Assembly: GCA_035508155.1 (NCBI GenBank)
Contig: DATJNM010000074.1
Location: 15 to 64,014, forward strand
Direction: 5' to 3'
Length of the DNA: 64,000 nt
DNA from: Candidatus Sulfopaludibacter sp.
GTDB taxonomy: Bacteria; Verrucomicrobiota; Verrucomicrobiia; Limisphaerales; UBA11358
The notes under the pieces were generated by a model. The model was not told the DNA's origin and made no database searches. It saw nothing but the letters and a program-made list of their open reading frames with translations. Positions 26,942-35,959 of this stretch are shown one piece after another. Every line of letters begins with the position of its first letter. The stretch's first letter is position 1. A program made the position numbers and the translations under genes.

Positions 26942-27481
26942 TCAGGCGCTGATCCGGGCAGCTTCCGCACGACCCACAAACGCGAACAGGAGCAGGACCA
27001 GGCCTGCCGTCCAGCCGCCGAGGCTGAAAACAGTTGGAAACCACAGTGCGATGGCCAGGCCGGCCGTCAACAGCAGGGCCGAGAGCCCGATGAACGAGCG
27101 CATTCCGTAAAGAAACCTAAAAGGAAGATAGTGTGCGCCGAGCAGCACCATCATGGCTGGAAAGAACCAGTTCAGCCGCAAGGTTGCGACCGGGGCGACC
27201 AACGGCATGGAAAGCGGCAGCACGAAGGCCACCTGCATGGCCAGCTAGCGCAGCGGTTTGCGTGCGGGGAGAGAGGCCGGCCGGCCGAGCAGGCGGAGCA
27301 GGGTCATAACGGCTGGAAAGATGAAAAAGCCGCCCACGACCAGCGTAAGAATAGCGGCGCGAGCGGAAAGCCCGGTTCCCAGCGCCGCCGCCGCCAGCCA
27401 CAGGATGCTGGCGATGAGCTGGCCGAAGAAGCCGCCCTCGTAAACGGAGCGGACCTCGGTTTTGGCTTTGGCAATCAACAT
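26942..27481 (-). pseudogene. Four-helix membrane protein interrupted by an in-frame TAG (27245-27247)
   Basis: ORFs 27245..27580 and 26942..27238 are in the same frame, separated only by TAG-CTG-GCC. The join ...ARKPLR*LAMQVAFVLPL... reads as one continuous family-like sequence. Confidence 0.65.
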
Positions 27482-27861
27482 TGATGGACTTTCGGGCATA
27501 AACATTCGTGCGCTTAAAAAACAACAGACGGCTCGTTTTTGCAACCGATCCCGTTGTCTTTGAATGACCGTAAATCCCATTGCGAGGCCCGTCCAGCATT
27601 ATCTCGAACCGATGAACTCAAACGCCCGGCGTTGATCCGCTTCGCCGGACGATCGGGATGCCGCCAATCTTCGGCTGGCCGGCGGAGCTGTGCCTGACCT
27701 TTTTTGTTTCGTCTATTTCGCTGGTCAAAACCTCTGCGTCCGTGCGTCTCTGCGGCAACAACACGACCCGTGGGTACGCTCCCATCATTTGTGTCCATCT
27801 GCGGCTGAAGCACGGCTCGTGAGGACGTTGCCCCACCAGATGGCGCGCCCTACTGTTACTG

Positions 27862-29115
27862 TTATGGCGTTTCACCCAACGGGAGGGTTGCTTTGATGCC
27901 AGAACTGCTCTCCTGCGGACGCGTGGTTCCGGAATATTTTCCGTGGTACGCCGAAAGGAAATAAATAATCACCACACCGACCGTTACGGTGACTCCATTC
28001 CAGAAGAGCGGCCATTGGGTGCCACCGGGTTGCGCACAGGCGTTGAACCACCAGCCGGTGCCGAGATAACCCAGGAGGCTGCCGACGCCGTTGACCATCA
28101 ACGCCATCATCGCCTGCGCCCGCGCCCGCCATTCGGCGCTGACGCGTTCATTAATGTAAATCTGCGCCGTGATGAAATACAGAGTGAACGTCAGGCCGTG
28201 CAGGCTGGTGCCTGCCAGCACGCAGACGGGGCTGTTCACCGCGCACAGGATGAATCGTAACAGCCCGGCGCCAAGTCCCGCCGCAAAAATCCATTTCAGC
28301 CGCCAGCGCAGGAACAATCCTGCCAGCGAGAACATGGCGATGAGTTCCGTGCTTTGCGCCAGCGTCATCCAGGCCGAGGTATGCCGGAAGCCGAGCTGTT
28401 GCAGGTGCAGGGGTGTGAAGGGATAAAATGCCGCGAGCGGAATGCTGAACAACGCCGCCGTGACGAAGACCGCCCGGTGGTCAGGATTTTTCATCAACAC
28501 AATTGCGTCCCAGCCGAGCCGCTGGAGCAGCGTGGGGTGGCCGGCGGTTCTTGGGGGCGGCACGTTCGGCAGCAGGAAGGTGAACGCCGCCAGGGCCAGC
28601 CAGGTCACGGCGCAGGTGTATTCCGAAAGCGTCGAGGTGTCGGCGTTCAACGCGCTGACCAGCCAGCAGCCGCCCACCCAGCCCAGGGTGGCGCCCGCAC
28701 GGATCGGCCCGAATTGTCGTTGGGAATCCTGCAACCGCGAAAAGACAACGGCGCTGACAATGCTACCGGTGGGCGCCGAACAGAGCGCATAAGATTGGAC
28801 CAACAACAGCACCAGTCCCGCCGGCCAGTCCGACTTGATGCTCCAGGCAACGGCGCACATGGCCGCCGCGCTCGCCACGGATAATCCGCGCAACACGGCG
28901 ACGGGTGAGGCATGGCGGTCGGCCATCGCGCCGAAAATGAGCGGGGAGATAAGCGCGGCCAGGGCGGAGGTAGCGAAGGCGTAAGGCGCGATGCCGACCA
29001 GATGGTGGGCCTTCAAGACCACGCTCAAGGGCACGGTCCAGATGCCGACGGCCATGGACTGGATCAGGAACAGCACCGCCAATTCGCCGTATTCTCCCCA
29101 ACGAACGGTTTTCAC
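27862..29115 (-). CDS. MFS transporter (nucleoside:H+ symporter-like)
   Basis: 12-helix profile. The N-terminus WGEYGELAVLFLIQSMAVGIW... resembles the nucleoside-permease branch. The GTG start overlaps the upstream stop (GTGA). Confidence 0.65.
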   Translation of the reverse strand: MKTVRWGEYGELAVLFLIQSMAVGIWTVPLSVVLKAHHLVGIAPYAFATSALAALISPLIFGAMADRHASPVAVLRGLSVASAAAMCAVAWSIKSDWPAGLVLLLVQSYALCSAPTGSIVSAVVFSRLQDSQRQFGPIRAGATLGWVGGCWLVSALNADTSTLSEYTCAVTWLALAAFTFLLPNVPPPRTAGHPTLLQRLGWDAIVLMKNPDHRAVFVTAALFSIPLAAFYPFTPLHLQQLGFRHTSAWMTLAQSTELIAMFSLAGLFLRWRLKWIFAAGLGAGLLRFILCAVNSPVCVLAGTSLHGLTFTLYFITAQIYINERVSAEWRARAQAMMALMVNGVGSLLGYLGTGWWFNACAQPGGTQWPLFWNGVTVTVGVVIIYFLSAYHGKYSGTTRPQESSSGIKATLPLGETP

Positions 29116-29597
29116 GCGTAAAACTCCCTGGCCAGCAAACCGGTCAACTGATGCACCGCCAGTTGCAGGTCGGCCAGCCGGTCGAATTGCGCTTGCGGCA
29201 GTTCGCCATTTTCAGCCGCGCGCTGGCAGCGTTGGAAACGACGGCTCAAGGGCAACCGCACATTATTGAAATCCAGTTCGGCCAGAAGTTTTTCGACCCT
29301 GGCGGCCAATTCGCGGGCCGTGCGGATTTGACCCAACGCGTCTTGGGTGGTCGTCGTGCCGGTGCGAACGCCGAGGAGCTGGCGGCATTCAAATTTGCGG
29401 CAACGCGCCGGGCGTTCGGCATAAATGGCGCAGGCGCACGTCTCGGCGTTGAACGCCGGACAGGGCTGGGTCATGCGCGCACGGCCACCGTGGAACAACG
29501 GCGAGGCATCGCCGGGTTCCGGGCGAACGTCGGCAAACAGGACGCCGTTGCAACACAGGCCGCATTGGAGGCAAAGTGCGTCAATGATCTTGTCCAT
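29112..29597 (-). CDS. YkgJ family cysteine-cluster protein (UPF0153)
   Basis: [10 protein letters not shown]...C.AF....C.IY..RP..C pattern. Confidence 0.75.
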   Translation of the reverse strand: MDKIIDALCLQCGLCCNGVLFADVRPEPGDASPLFHGGRARMTQPCPAFNAETCACAIYAERPARCRKFECRQLLGVRTGTTTTQDALGQIRTARELAARVEKLLAELDFNNVRLPLSRRFQRCQRAAENGELPQAQFDRLADLQLAVHQLTGLLAREFYA

Positions 29598-29648
29598 TGC
29601 GAAATATGGGAGCGAATACTACAAAATCGGGGTCGGATCGGCAACAAA

Positions 29649-29743
29649 GGCGGAATCTTGGTACTGGCCTGCTTTGGTGGGCGAGGCTACTGACGAGCCG
29701 GCTCGCGGGTATGCTCGCCCCACCGAAACAGGCAAAGTAACCC
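29649..29743. repeat. GC-rich structured palindromic element (core TGACGAGCCGGCTCGCGGG), copy 2
   Basis: GGTGGGCGAGGCTACTGACGAGCCGGCTCGCGGGTATGCTCGCCCCACC with flanks aligning to 6936-7027. Confidence 0.75.
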
Positions 29744-29868
29744 ACTACCGGAACCTTTTCCGCTTCTATTTCCATAACCGCGCCTTGACAGAAGGCGTTT
29801 CAATGTTAATCTCCGCGCTCCGTCAAACGGAGATTTTCCCGCGCACCAGGCGCGAATTGAACCGATTT

Positions 29869-30006
29869 ATGAAACGCCAGTATCAACCGTCTAAAATCCG
29901 CCGCAAACGGCAGCACGGATTCCTTGCCCGCAAGTCCACCAAAAGCGGCCGCGCCACGCTGCGCAACCGCCGCCGGGTGGGGCGCAAACGCCTGACCCCC
30001 GTTTGA
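29869..30006 (+). CDS. rpmH: 50S ribosomal protein L34
   Basis: [45 protein letters not shown] (45 aa), embedded in a longer track ORF. Confidence 0.95.
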   Translation: MKRQYQPSKIRRKRQHGFLARKSTKSGRATLRNRRRVGRKRLTPV

Positions 30007-30016
30007 TCCGGCGCCC

Positions 30017-30412
30017 ATGCCCGCCTCGTTCCCAGACGCCGGAGGCCGGACACCGGAGGCCGGACGCCTGCGGTTGCGCCGCCCGGCGCGGCTTCAGCAG
30101 CAGCGCGAATTCGCGCGCGTGCGGCAGCAGGGACAGCGGCTCGCGCTGGGTTGCCTCATCGCCAACTGGAACACGTTGCCGGAAGGGGCGAGGCCGCGAT
30201 TGGGCGTCGTCACCAGCCGGAAAATCGGCGGGGCGGTGGTGCGCAGCCGGGCGCGGCGGTTGCTGCGCGAGAGTTTCCGTCAGCACCAGAACGAACTGGC
30301 GCGGCCGGTCGAACTGGTGCTGGTCGCCCGGAATTCCATCGCCGGGAAAAAATTTGTCGAGGTCGAAAAGGATTTTCTGACGACCCTGCGGCGGGCCGGT
30401 TTGTTGAAATGA
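30017..30412 (+). CDS. rnpA: Ribonuclease P protein component
   Basis: [22 protein letters not shown]...[23 protein letters not shown]. The true start may lie downstream of the heptamer tract. Confidence 0.85.
   Translation: MPASFPDAGGRTPEAGRLRLRRPARLQQQREFARVRQQGQRLALGCLIANWNTLPEGARPRLGVVTSRKIGGAVVRSRARRLLRESFRQHQNELARPVELVLVARNSIAGKKFVEVEKDFLTTLRRAGLLK
30039..30073. repeat. Tandem heptamers CCGGAGG CCGGACA CCGGAGG CCGGACG CCTGCGG at the rpmH/rnpA junction
   Basis: 7-nt period read directly. It lies in the putative rnpA N-terminal extension. Confidence 0.75.
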
Positions 30413-30420
30413 ACGTGAAA

Positions 30421-30516
30421 AACATTCAACATTCAACATTCAACAGCGAACGTCGAATGACGGCAGGAATACACCGTCGCTGGATGTTGGGCGTTGAATG
30501 TTGGTTGTTGAATGTT
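30421..30516. repeat. Heptamer-periodic imperfect palindrome (AACATTC family)
   Basis: Left arm AACATTC x3, AACAGCG AACGTCG AATGACGG. Right arm CCGTCGC TGGATGT TGGGCGT TGAATGT TGGTTGT TGAATGTT. Confidence 0.85.
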
Positions 30517-30783
30517 CCCCAATTTGTTCTGATCTTCGCCATCTGGCTGTACCGCTGGACGGTCTCGCCCCTGCTCGTTTTCCTGTTCGGGCCCACCGGC
30601 GGCTGCCGTTTCACGCCCAGTTGCTCGCAATACGCGGTGGACGCCATCCATTCGCAGGGCGTGTGGGCCGGCAGCGGGTTGGCGCTGCGGCGGATTTGCC
30701 GCTGCCATCCGTGGGGTGAGGGCGGGTACGATCCGGCGCCGGAACCGGAAGTCACAAGTCAGAAGTCAGAAGTCAGAACCTAA
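30484..30783 (+). CDS. yidD: Membrane protein insertion efficiency factor YidD
   Basis: YRWTVSPLL....[15 protein letters not shown]...G...[20 protein letters not shown]. The start is uncertain because the N-terminus lies in the repeat arm. Confidence 0.85.
   Translation: MLGVECWLLNVPQFVLIFAIWLYRWTVSPLLVFLFGPTGGCRFTPSCSQYAVDAIHSQGVWAGSGLALRRICRCHPWGEGGYDPAPEPEVTSQKSEVRT
30749..30779. repeat. Tandem heptamers AAGTCAC AAGTCAG x3, forming the yidD C-terminal tail
   Basis: Encodes ...[17 protein letters not shown], followed by the stop codon. Confidence 0.9.
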
Positions 30784-30785
30784 CT

Positions 30786-32606
30786 ATGGACCGCACCGGC
30801 ATCATCGTTGTCTCGCTCTGCGTCGTTCTGATGGGCGTGTGGTTTGTCACCGAACAGAAATATTACTCGCAAGTGGCCCGGTCGCCGGCGGGCACCAACG
30901 CGCCGGTCAACGTTCAAACTCCCAACGCCGGCGCCGCGCCCGGCACCGCACCCGCCGTCCCGACGGCGGGTGCGGGTGTCCCCTCCGGTTTTTCCTTCGA
31001 CACCAATGTGCCCGAGCAAACCATCGTGCTCACCCGGGCGCATGAGCGTTACACGTTTACTTCATGGGGGGGTGGATTGAAATCGGTTGAGTTGACGAAC
31101 TACCCGGAAACCGTTTCCGCCCGTTGGAAGCAGAAGACTTCAGCGGCAGGTTTTGCCACGCTGAATGCGCGCGTGTCCGAGCCGGTGATGGCGATTCTGG
31201 GCGAAGCCAGTCTGATCGGTGACGGCAACTGGACCTTGATAAAGACCGGCGACGGTGTTCACGCGGAAAAGATTTTCCCCAACGGCCTGCGGATTGTGAA
31301 GGATTTTCACATTGGCGCGGATGGTTTGCTCAACGTGACCATGGAGCTGGACAACACCTCGGACAAATCGCTGCCGTTGCCGACGCAGGAATGGGTTATC
31401 GGCACGGCGACCCCGATGGGGCCGGATGACAACAATTTCCCCATGTACGGGGGGATGATGTGGTATGACGGGGCCAGGGAGCAACAGATCAACCTGTCCT
31501 ACTTCAGCACCAACACCACATTTTTGTTCTTTTTTCCCCACACCCCCAAATCCGAATACCGCGAGGGGTCAAGCAATGTGGTCTGGGCGGCGGCGTACAA
31601 CCAGTTTTTCGTGCTGCTGGCGATGCCGCGGACGCCGGCCGCCCAGGTCCTGGCGCGCCCGGTTTATCTGCCGGCTTTCACCAATGTCGAATGGATGCCG
31701 GGCCTGCCGCTGCCGGAGGGCATTCAAACCGCCCTGGTGTATCCGGCGCAAACTCTCGGAACCAATCAGACGATCGAGCGGCAGATTGTTCTTTATGCGG
31801 GTCCGAAGGAATATCGGACGCTAGCGCACATTGGGGCGGAATTCCAGAACCATGCCGATCTGGCCATGAATTTTGGCAGGGGCTATATGAGTTTTTGGGG
31901 CGTCGGAACTTTTTTCGCCAAGGTGTTGCTGATTTGCATGAACTGGTTGCATGACGCCTTCAAGGTCAGTTACGGTTGGACCATTGTCTTGATCACCGTC
32001 CTGTTGCGGATCGCCTTTTGGCCATTGACCGCGGCCAGCACGCGTTCGATGAAGAAAATGCAGGCGTTGGCGCCGGAAATAAAGGCGCTCCAGGCGAAGT
32101 ACAAGGACGACATGCAGAAATTCACCCAGAAACAATGGGAACTGTACCGCAAGCACAAAGTCAGCCCCATGAGCGGCTGCCTGCCGATGATGATTCAGAT
32201 GCCGGTGTTCTTCGGCTTTTTCACCATGTTGCGCAGCGCGATTGAACTGCGCGGGGCGCATTTCCTGTGGGTCAGCGACCTGTCCAAACCCGACACACTG
32301 TTGATGATTCCAGGGTTGAATTTTCCGTTCAATCTGTTGCCGTTGTTGATGGTGGGCGTCATGGTGTGGCAGGCGCATCTGCAACCGCCGTCACCGGGCA
32401 TGGACCCCACCCAGGCAAAGATGATGCGCTACCTGCCGCTGATCTTTCTGGTGTTTCTCTATAATTATTCCTCGGGCATGGCGCTGTACATGACGATGAG
32501 CACGCTGATGAGCGTGATTCAGACCAAGTTCACCAAAATGAACCAGACTCCGGCTCCGGCCGCGGCGACGCCGGCATTGACGCCGCCGCCAAAAAAGAAA
32601 AAATGA
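30786..32606 (+). CDS. yidC: Membrane protein insertase YidC
   Basis: 606 aa with a large periplasmic domain and the conserved C-terminal core ...GWTIVLITVLLRIAFWPLT...MK.MQ.L.P....L..KYKDD. Confidence 0.9.
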   Translation: MDRTGIIVVSLCVVLMGVWFVTEQKYYSQVARSPAGTNAPVNVQTPNAGAAPGTAPAVPTAGAGVPSGFSFDTNVPEQTIVLTRAHERYTFTSWGGGLKSVELTNYPETVSARWKQKTSAAGFATLNARVSEPVMAILGEASLIGDGNWTLIKTGDGVHAEKIFPNGLRIVKDFHIGADGLLNVTMELDNTSDKSLPLPTQEWVIGTATPMGPDDNNFPMYGGMMWYDGAREQQINLSYFSTNTTFLFFFPHTPKSEYREGSSNVVWAAAYNQFFVLLAMPRTPAAQVLARPVYLPAFTNVEWMPGLPLPEGIQTALVYPAQTLGTNQTIERQIVLYAGPKEYRTLAHIGAEFQNHADLAMNFGRGYMSFWGVGTFFAKVLLICMNWLHDAFKVSYGWTIVLITVLLRIAFWPLTAASTRSMKKMQALAPEIKALQAKYKDDMQKFTQKQWELYRKHKVSPMSGCLPMMIQMPVFFGFFTMLRSAIELRGAHFLWVSDLSKPDTLLMIPGLNFPFNLLPLLMVGVMVWQAHLQPPSPGMDPTQAKMMRYLPLIFLVFLYNYSSGMALYMTMSTLMSVIQTKFTKMNQTPAPAAATPALTPPPKKKK

Positions 32607-32618
32607 AGGCGATGCAAA

Positions 32619-32711
32619 AGAGTCGAAAGCCGAGAGTCGAAGGTCGAGCGCGGGAAAATGCGCTTGCCTTCTGCTGTTCTGCTCTCGCCTCTCGGCCCTC
32701 GCCCCTCGACC
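32619..32711. repeat. Heptamer-periodic imperfect palindrome (GTCGAGG family)
   Basis: Left arm AGTCGAA AGCCGAG AGTCGAA GGTCGAG. Right arm CGCCTCT CGGCCCT CGCCCCT CGACC. Confidence 0.8.
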
Positions 32712-32719
32712 ACTGATTT

Positions 32720-33169
32720 ATGCCTGCTCAACCGAAAGAAACATTGGAAAAGATCCTGGAGACCCTGGGTTTCACCGCCACCATTGAGGAACACAAACTG
32801 GAAGAGGGCCTGTTGCTGGAAATTAAGACCGACGACGCCGGCCGGCTCATCGGCCGGCAGGGACAAACGCTCTCCGATCTGCAATACATCACCAACCGCC
32901 TGCTGTTTCAACAGGACACCACCGCGCCGAAGGTGATGGTGGACGTGGGCGGTTATCGCACCCAGGCGCGCGAAGCCCTGGTGAAGAAGGCGAAGAACGC
33001 CGCCGAAAAAGTCCGGCGCTGGGGCGACACAGTGGAATTGGAGCCGATGTCGGCGTTTGACCGTCGCGTGGTGCATCAGGCGCTCAAGGACGACCCCGAT
33101 GTGGAAACGCACAGCGTCGAAGTGGAAGGCTCGGAAAAGAAAGCCATCCTGCTCCGGCCCAGACACTGA
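32720..33169 (+). CDS. KH + R3H domain RNA-binding protein (Jag/KhpB-like)
   Basis: GRLIGRQGQTLSDLQYI (KH domain) and EPMSAFDRRVVHQAL (R3H domain). Its position after yidC is the canonical one. Confidence 0.8.
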   Translation: MPAQPKETLEKILETLGFTATIEEHKLEEGLLLEIKTDDAGRLIGRQGQTLSDLQYITNRLLFQQDTTAPKVMVDVGGYRTQAREALVKKAKNAAEKVRRWGDTVELEPMSAFDRRVVHQALKDDPDVETHSVEVEGSEKKAILLRPRH

Positions 33170-33175
33170 GCCTTG

Positions 33176-33553
33176 TTACTGGCCGAGAATGGTCAGGTTA
33201 TACGCCCGGGACGTGGCACTGTCGTGTTGGGGCGGCTTGCCGATGTCGTTGTACAGATACTCGAATTTGAAGCGGTAGGAGACATTGTTAACGCCGGGCG
33301 GCACGGGCACATAACCTTCCCAACGATTGGTGATGAGCGGCGTCGGGCGCATGTCATAGAGCTGGCCGTTGGCGACCACGTAGGGATGGAGGGAGTCCCA
33401 TCGCAACGATTGCTGCTGCGTTATGAAGGAGACTTCCACGGGATAAAGGTTGTTGGCGTTGCGCGGTTGCTCCAGCGGCGTCAGGTTGGTAAACGTCGCG
33501 GCGCAACCCGTCAGCAACAACACGGGGAGAACCGGCAAGATTTTCTTCCACAT
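33176..33553 (-). CDS. Small lipoprotein, hypothetical
   Basis: The internal ATG at 33553 gives MWKKILPVLPVLLLTGC (lipobox); 125 aa. Confidence 0.55.
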   Translation of the reverse strand: MWKKILPVLPVLLLTGCAATFTNLTPLEQPRNANNLYPVEVSFITQQQSLRWDSLHPYVVANGQLYDMRPTPLITNRWEGYVPVPPGVNNVSYRFKFEYLYNDIGKPPQHDSATSRAYNLTILGQ

Positions 33554-33646
33554 AATGGGGGCAGCTTTACACCAACGCCGGTGATTTGTAAAGTTGGATT
33601 TAGCACTTGAATCGCCTTCTTTTTTCCGGGTATTTTTTTCCTGCGT

Positions 33647-35008
33647 ATGAATTCCCCAAGTCAATCCCCGCCGGGTTTTCGTCATTATCGCTGGGTCATT
33701 TGCGCGCTGTTGTTTTTTTCCACCACTTGCAACTACCTGGACCGGCAGGTCATCAGTTATCTGCAACCATTTTTCTGCCGGCCGGAAACACAGGGCGGTT
33801 TCGGCTGGACCAATTCCGATTTTTCCTATCTGACGTCGGCTTTCACCGGCGTTTACGCGGCGGCAACGGTCTTCGCCGGCTGGCTGATTGACCGAATCGG
33901 CACGAAGCTGGGTTTGGCGCTTTCGCTGGTTGCGTGGTCCGTTTTCGGAATTATCAACGCCTTCGTCGGGCAGTTGCTGACGATGCATATTCTGGTACGA
34001 AGCCTGTTTGCCGTGAGCGAAGCAGGCAATTTTCCCGCGTCCATCAAGACCGTGGCCGAGTGGTTCCCCAAGCGCGAACGCGCGCTGGCCACTTCAATTT
34101 TCAACGCTGGTTCTAATGCCGGTGCCATGGTGGCGGCGCTCGTGGTCCCGACCTGCATGGTCTATCTGGGTGAGAAACAAGGCTGGAAATGGGCATTCAT
34201 CATCACCGGCGCCCTCGGGTTCTTGTGGTTGATCTTCTGGTTCCGGCTCTATCACCCGCCCGCGAAGCACCCGGGGCTCTCCAAATCTGAATACGATTAC
34301 ATTCACATTGACGACGAAAGCGTCGCCGGCGACCAGACGGGTGACAAAGCGAAAGTTCCGTGGCTGCGGCTGTTTGGCTATCGCCAACTCTGGGCCTTCA
34401 TCGCGGGCAAATTCATGACCGACGGGATTTGGTGGTTTTATCTGTTTTGGCTGCCGGCTTATTTACACGATCAATTTAAGATGACGCAAAGTGAAGTGCG
34501 GATGCCCACCTTCATCGTCTATGGGATTTCCATTCTCGGCAGCATTTATGGCAGCAGCATTCCGTTCACCCTCATCAAACGCGGCATGGCGGTTTATCGC
34601 GCGAGAATGACGACGATGTTCGTCATTGCCGTCTTTCCGCTGGCGGTTTTGTTGACCCAGTACTTTGGAGATGTGAACCGATTTGGCGGTCTGGCGGCCA
34701 CGCTCGCCGTGGCCATGATTTGCGTCGGCTGCACGGCGCATCAGGCCTGGTCGGCCAATCTCTTCACGACGGTTTCCGACATGTTCCCCAAGAAAACCGT
34801 CGCCTCGGTCACCGGCATTGGCACCATGGCGGGCGGCATCGGGGGCGTGCTGATCCAATTGCTTCAAGGCCGGCTGCGCGACGCCTTCGTCCAAACACCC
34901 CAAACGGCGTATCTCATCATGTTTGTGGTCTGCGCCCTGAGTTATCTGGTTGCGTGGGTCATCATGAAAGCACTCGTGCCACGCCACAAGCCGATTACCG
35001 ATTTGTGA
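33647..35008 (+). CDS. MFS transporter, anionic sugar (hexuronate ExuT-like, ACS family)
   Basis: YRWVICALLFFSTTCNYLDRQVISYL is typical of the ACS/hexuronate transporter N-terminus; 12 helices. Confidence 0.7.
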   Translation: MNSPSQSPPGFRHYRWVICALLFFSTTCNYLDRQVISYLQPFFCRPETQGGFGWTNSDFSYLTSAFTGVYAAATVFAGWLIDRIGTKLGLALSLVAWSVFGIINAFVGQLLTMHILVRSLFAVSEAGNFPASIKTVAEWFPKRERALATSIFNAGSNAGAMVAALVVPTCMVYLGEKQGWKWAFIITGALGFLWLIFWFRLYHPPAKHPGLSKSEYDYIHIDDESVAGDQTGDKAKVPWLRLFGYRQLWAFIAGKFMTDGIWWFYLFWLPAYLHDQFKMTQSEVRMPTFIVYGISILGSIYGSSIPFTLIKRGMAVYRARMTTMFVIAVFPLAVLLTQYFGDVNRFGGLAATLAVAMICVGCTAHQAWSANLFTTVSDMFPKKTVASVTGIGTMAGGIGGVLIQLLQGRLRDAFVQTPQTAYLIMFVVCALSYLVAWVIMKALVPRHKPITDL

Positions 35009-35013
35009 GAATT

Positions 35014-35093
35014 GTTGAAACGTTAAAGTGTTGAGGGTTGAAGCGGCTGCGCAATTTGCCCACTTCAACTCTTTAACTCTTCCACGCTTCAAC
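35014..35093. repeat. Heptamer-periodic imperfect palindrome (GTTGAAG family)
   Basis: GTTGAAACGTTAAAGTGTTGAGGGTTGAAGCGG ... CCACTTCAACTCTTTAACTCTTCCACGCTTCAAC. Confidence 0.75.
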
Positions 35094-35096
35094 GCA

Positions 35097-35870
35097 TCAA
35101 ATCGTCATGGCGTTAAAACCGCCGTCCACGACCAATTCCGCGCCGGTGATGAAGCTGCCCGCGTCGGACGCCAGCAACAACGCCGCGCCGACGAGTTCGT
35201 GAGCCTCGCCAAACCGTTTCATTGGCGTCTTGGTCATGATGGTGGCCACCCGGTCGGGGCTGAGCACTTTCCGGTTTTGCTCGGCGGGGAAAAAGCCCGG
35301 CACCAGGATGTTCACGCGCACGCCCTGGGTCGCCCATTCGCGCGCCAGATTTTTGGAGAGATTATGCACGGCGGCTTTCGATGCCGAATAGGTGAACACC
35401 CGTGACAAAGGATTCAAGCCCGACGCCGAGCCCACGTTGATGATGCTGCCCGAACCGCGCTCGACCATGTGCTTGCCAAAAATCTGGCAGGCCAGCATCG
35501 GGCCCTTCAAATTCACGTTGATGATTTTGTCGAATTCCTCCCCGGCAATGTCGAAAAACGGCGTCGGCGAATTTACGCCCGCGCCATTGACCAACACATC
35601 CACGCGTTTGAATTTGGCGACCACATCGGCCAGCAATTTTTGCAGACCGGACTTGGACGTCGTATCGCACGGGAAAAATTCCGCTTTGCTCCCGTCCCTG
35701 ATGATTTTGTCGAGGCGCTTCTGCGCCTTGACGGCGTCGCGGCCCACCAGGGCCACGGTTGCGCCGGCCGCCGCCAGCCCTTCCGCAATCGCACCGCACA
35801 ATTCGCCCGTGCCGCCGATAACGACCGCCACCTTGCCTTTGAGTGAAAAAAGTTCCGCCGGTGTTTTCAT
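35097..35870 (-). CDS. SDR family oxidoreductase (KduD / SDR-type UxuB-like)
   Basis: [17 protein letters not shown] glycine motif and YSASKAA catalytic motif. The ATG at 35870 is used. Confidence 0.75.
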   Translation of the reverse strand: MKTPAELFSLKGKVAVVIGGTGELCGAIAEGLAAAGATVALVGRDAVKAQKRLDKIIRDGSKAEFFPCDTTSKSGLQKLLADVVAKFKRVDVLVNGAGVNSPTPFFDIAGEEFDKIINVNLKGPMLACQIFGKHMVERGSGSIINVGSASGLNPLSRVFTYSASKAAVHNLSKNLAREWATQGVRVNILVPGFFPAEQNRKVLSPDRVATIMTKTPMKRFGEAHELVGAALLLASDAGSFITGAELVVDGGFNAMTI

Positions 35871-35959
35871 AATTTCTTTTCGGAAGGACGAGTTATGCGA
35901 GTCCCTCAATTTAATTTTTATCCAGGGCCTCGTGTCCCTCGGCCCTCCGGTCCGCAATT

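Noticed and set aside
9471-27247. In-frame TGA (9471-9473) as selenocysteine and in-frame TAG (27245-27247) as pyrrolysine or recoding.
   Set aside because: Neither protein family is known to use Sec or Pyl. The TGA-containing gene also carries two frameshifts. No SECIS-like hairpin follows the TGA. TGA and TAG serve as ordinary stops for neighbouring genes.
29598-30016. Replication origin or dnaA next to rpmH, as in many bacteria.
   Set aside because: The gene upstream of rpmH is a ykgJ-type gene on the opposite strand. No dnaA gene is present, and I could not see clustered DnaA-box-like 9-mers (TTATCCACA variants) in the spacer.
4943-32711. Could the tandem or periodic repeats be a CRISPR array?
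   Set aside because: The units are 7 nt with no unique spacers. The arrays are 28-45 nt long and form inverted arms. No cas genes are present. This is not CRISPR architecture.
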